In this document: positions 61,201 to 64,000 of the stretch, piece after piece | How positions within the stretch are numbered: position 1 is the first letter of the stretch | Layout: each line of letters opens with the position of its first letter | Origin: Asterias rubens | Lineage: Eukaryota | Length of the DNA: 64,000 bases | Assembly: GCF_902459465.1 (NCBI RefSeq) | Contig: NC_047068.1 | Location: 4,774,001-4,838,000 of the forward strand | Direction of reading: 5' to 3' | Notes under the pieces: generated by a model | Seen by the model: only the letters and a program-made list of their open reading frames with translations | The model's database searches: none | What the model was told of the DNA's origin: nothing | Translations under genes and position numbers: made by a program

Positions 61201-61295
61201 TGAGCAGCCATGCCTGTGTGTTATTGAATCTACGCACACTCAGCTGTACACCTCTTGTGTTTTCCAGTGACATCAATCCAAGCAATGCTGAATGA
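52286..61295 (+). CDS. POLD2: DNA polymerase delta subunit 2, 10 coding exons, 448 aa
   Basis: join(52286-52466,53651-53772,54122-54245,57298-57412,58159-58354,58840-58920,59894-60051,60229-60356,60716-60817,61156-61295), 1347 nt, GT-AG. Motifs [27 protein letters not shown]...[22 protein letters not shown] and CPHVYFAGN. Confidence 0.97.
52740..53480. repeat. ~34-bp minisatellite in POLD2 coding intron 1
   Basis: Unit CAGCCATGTCAGCCGAGGTCATAGGCCCAAATGA, roughly 21-22 diverged copies. Confidence 0.9.
54352..57025 (+). repeat. 73-bp minisatellite: 36 full copies plus 1 partial copy of the POLD2 exon-4 acceptor and exon start
   Basis: Unit GTGGTTTTCATCATTCCATCTTGCTCCCTTTATAG|GTGTAGTTATAGTTTTATAYGGTCACGAGAAAGATGAC aligns with 57263-57335. 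The period checks out: 54352+35x73=56907. Confidence 0.97.
57026..57229 (-). mobile_element. 3' tail of an L2-like LINE or L2-dependent SINE inserted in the last repeat unit
   Basis: Minus strand ends GGGCGCAATATAAATGAATAA(ATT)n. TSD TAGTTATA at 57018-57025 and 57230-57237. Confidence 0.75.
57680..58053. mobile_element. MITE with ATTCATAAATA termini
   Basis: Same family as 6388-6612. Confidence 0.65.
58947..59293. mobile_element. Kolobok-like TTAA MITE
   Basis: TTAA|AGACAGGGTACAC ... GTATACCCTGCCT|TTAA. Confidence 0.65.
59312..59548. repeat. ~119-bp local tandem duplication that includes a reversed retroposon (TAAA)n tail
   Basis: AATATTCTCTATGCATAATGG...ACCCAGGGTGAGCCA at 59312 and 59431. 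Confidence 0.85.
59666..59721 (-). mobile_element. 56-bp Penelope-like insertion carrying a truncated hammerhead motif
   Basis: Minus strand CUGAAGA-A-GGUUC-CGAUAU-GGAUC-GAAA-GCUA-AGGCC. Flanking duplication TATTTATTATAA at 59654-59665 and 59722-59733. Confidence 0.65.
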
Positions 61296-62324
61296 ACGCA
61301 TCAGTGTCTACCAGTACTGTCCGATACTGTGTATATCGCTTTTACAATATCTAACATCACTGGCTCAGCCAGAAGGAAGCTGTAAAGAAACTTTTTGCTT
61401 GTCAGGTTTCTTTTCATAAATAATAAGGTTGCCAGTCATAAACACTGCAAGTAACGAGGTAGGGGTCCATAGGCTTGGTTACATGACGAGGGAGTGGCCT
61501 AATCTTGGGTATATTTCAAGGCTGCATTGGAAATCACATGGTAGGAGCCTAGAATTGGTCATATTGCAAGCCTATTGGAAATCGGCTTGGTCACACTGCA
61601 AATTACATGTCATGGCTATTGTTGTGCTTCGGTAGTTTTGTAGGCCCTTGTCTAAATCTGAATTCTATTCAGCATCCTAATGACAAAGCATCTTAATGGA
61701 AACCTCACTTCATTAGAGAAGACAATGAATCTTGTCTCTATGTGCAAATGTCTACAAATCTTTTCCAAGTAACAATACTGAACAAGATAAACCTGGTTGC
61801 AGTTACTCAATTGAGCAGGTTGATGCTCAAAGTCAATAATGGCGTTTTGGAAAACTTTTGTTTAATTTAGCTTCTTACTGGTAAATTGTATAATATTCTA
61901 TTTCTCTAGACTATAGCAATTATGCTTGGAATAAATAAATATTCTATTCTCAAGACTTATGTGTACTATCCTTATGTATTTTATTTGAGTCATTACTATC
62001 AAATTAAAACAACATTTAACATATTACTTTTTTAAATCAATGAAAATTTGTCCCATTATAATAAATGTGTTTTATTAGTGGCATTGAAGAGGTGGTTTTG
62101 CCAAAGTAATTGGGTTTCAAATTAAAAACAATTCCTTATCTGAATCAACCTCTGAACTGCAAGTGATTGGATTTGTTTCTGTGATTGCAATTAGCAACTG
62201 GGCTGTCGTGACTGTCTTCAATGAAATTGGATGTCGGGTTTCAACTGCTTTGTCTTGATATTCACAGGAATGAAAATTGTAGTATAAGAAGAAAGGTTCT
62301 TTGCTTTATTTGTTTGAAATTCTT

Positions 62325-62470
62325 CATCATTGCACGGTCGGGTTGTCATATTCGGGCTTTGGTTCAAATCCTGCTGGGGGTACAGATAGTATTTTCAGCT
62401 AGTCCCCTGATTACTCGTGTTTCCACTGGAAACTCCAGTTTCCTCCCACATCTAAAACTGAAACTGTTTT
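62325..62470 (+). mobile_element. Decayed tRNA-derived SINE
   Basis: B-box-like GGTTCAAATCC followed by CTCCAGTTTCCTCCCACA, a typical SINE central motif. Confidence 0.5.
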
Positions 62471-63184
62471 TGGTTTTTTTCTTGAGTCTCTCAATATGGA
62501 CTGTTTTTAGATTTTCTAGTGATTACATTTGCTTATCTTGAGTCCGTGGCTTCACAACTGGAATTCATTCATTGAATGAAACCTTTCTGTCCCGACTAAT
62601 GTTCAGAAATTTTACCCCACCGGCACTATCGAAACACCAATACATGTATAGTCTTAACATGATTTTGTCCATGACTTTTAGGAGTATTTGCTTTAATGGC
62701 TATGAAAGAGGTTCTCCAAGGTGAAATAGAGTTTTGTGATGTATCACAGGTCAACCATGGATAAATTTATTCCTCAATGGGTCAACAGAAGTGTCCTTAT
62801 GAAAGTGGAACAAAATATATAATCTTTACTTAATTTTGATCATTGTTTTGAATTTTGCTATTTTCCTTGTTTGATCATTAAGAGGGAAATGTTCTTCCCG
62901 GTAATTTTGTTGAAATTAGATCGAAAGAACTAGCTTACAAATTCTAAATTTTCTTGGCTGGGAGTGAACCGTTCAACAATCACTGTTGCTGTATCGGTAT
63001 TCTCGATACCAGCTCATATCAACCTCGTGTTCATATTCAACCATTTAATTTTCCCCACATTGAAAACCTGAATGGGGAGTAAAAACGTGGGAACGAGATC
63101 AACTTATACATGTATTTTACACTGTCGCGTATATATATAGTGTACGAAGTGTGTACATAAGATTACTGATGAACCAACAACATC

Positions 63185-63294
63185 ATGGCGGCTGCTGGAA
63201 GAGGAACTTCTCGTGTTTTGCAAAAACTAAAGCACAATGTGGAAGAAGGAAACTACTATGAAGCGCATCAAATGTATAGAACTCTTTATCACAG
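63185..63294 (+). CDS. GET4: Golgi to ER traffic protein 4 homolog, first coding exon (gene continues past the window)
   Basis: [36 protein letters not shown] followed by the donor AG|[18 protein letters not shown] is the GET4 signature. Confidence 0.92.
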
Positions 63295-63699
63295 GTAAGA
63301 GAACATTTTTCTTTTGTACCAAAAAAACAAGTAGGCCTAGGTATGTTTTCCAGTGTTTTTCGCGAGTGAATTTTTTGTCCCTTTCCTTTGCTTTGATTTT
63401 GTGTGTGGAGGTGTGTCCCGCTGTTGTTTTTATGAAACTTGTACTAAAGTGACGTACGTGTACACAAAAATACAAGCTACAAAATCCTATTTAAACTTAT
63501 TCTCCTTCACTTTAGTTAGTCTTTATTCACAATTCAGTCCAATTTGTTCATAAATTTAAGGTTATGCCTACAGCCTTACACTTACAGGTCCATGCATTGC
63601 ATGTGTGCGGGTAAGACTCTAGTCTAGTGTAAGAGTTATTTACACTTTTTTACTCTTTCCAAACCAAACCTAATCTTGCCAAAATTGGGCTCGGAAAAG

Positions 63700-64000
63700 T
63701 TTCCACCACTTGGCGCCACCACTTTTTCAATCGATCTGAAATAATATGGTATGAAGGTAGACCCATGAATGAGTAACTGGGGTGCTGTACTCCTTTTTTC
63801 GAAATTTTGACATTCTCGGTCATACTAGCACGACCGAGAATGTCAAAATTTCGAAAAAAGGAGTACAGAACAGCGCCCCAGTTACTGGGTCTAGGGCTAG
63901 TAGTAGTATGAAGGTAGCTCCATGATCTAATTTACCTCACTGAGAATATCCCTTTTTGTAAAAATGAGTAAAAAAGTGGTGGTGCCATACAGAAAGTTAT
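63700..64000. mobile_element. Two nested MITEs in GET4 intron 1
   Basis: Outer GGCGCCACCACTTTTT ... AAAAAGTGGTGGTGCCATAC, related to copies near 3130-3240 and 51328-51450. Inner AGTAACTGGGGTGCTGTAC ... CCCAGTTACTGGGTCTAG, related to 2975-3100. Confidence 0.6.

Overview
AT-rich eukaryotic genomic DNA with spliceosomal introns. The repeat families suggest a marine invertebrate deuterostome, probably a sea star (inference, not checked). I rebuilt six genes by hand from GT-AG signals and protein similarity: CCDC137 (+, 2586-7574), TMEM104 (+, 9671-25930), IQCK (-, 28582-39831), an uncharacterised NERD-domain nuclease-like gene (-, 43457-45280), POLD2 (+, 52286-61295) and the first exon of GET4 (+, 63185-63294). 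All five complete models keep frame from start to stop. The introns hold six minisatellites, three large CR1/L2-group LINE copies, many MITEs and SINEs, and two Penelope-type hammerhead ribozyme motifs. There is no CRISPR array and no rRNA or true tRNA gene. The most unusual observations are: (1) a 73-bp minisatellite of 37 copies of the POLD2 exon-4 splice acceptor plus the exon start; (2) a 4.15-kb element with identical long TIRs and a 9-bp TSD splitting the NERD/POLD2 head-to-head promoter; (3) a NERD gene with an intact PD-(D/E)xK-type active site; (4) in-frame TA to TAGGCCTA micro-insertions seen by comparing two sister LINEs; (5) all four LINE-type insertions with recognisable TSD-like junctions lie inside minisatellites.
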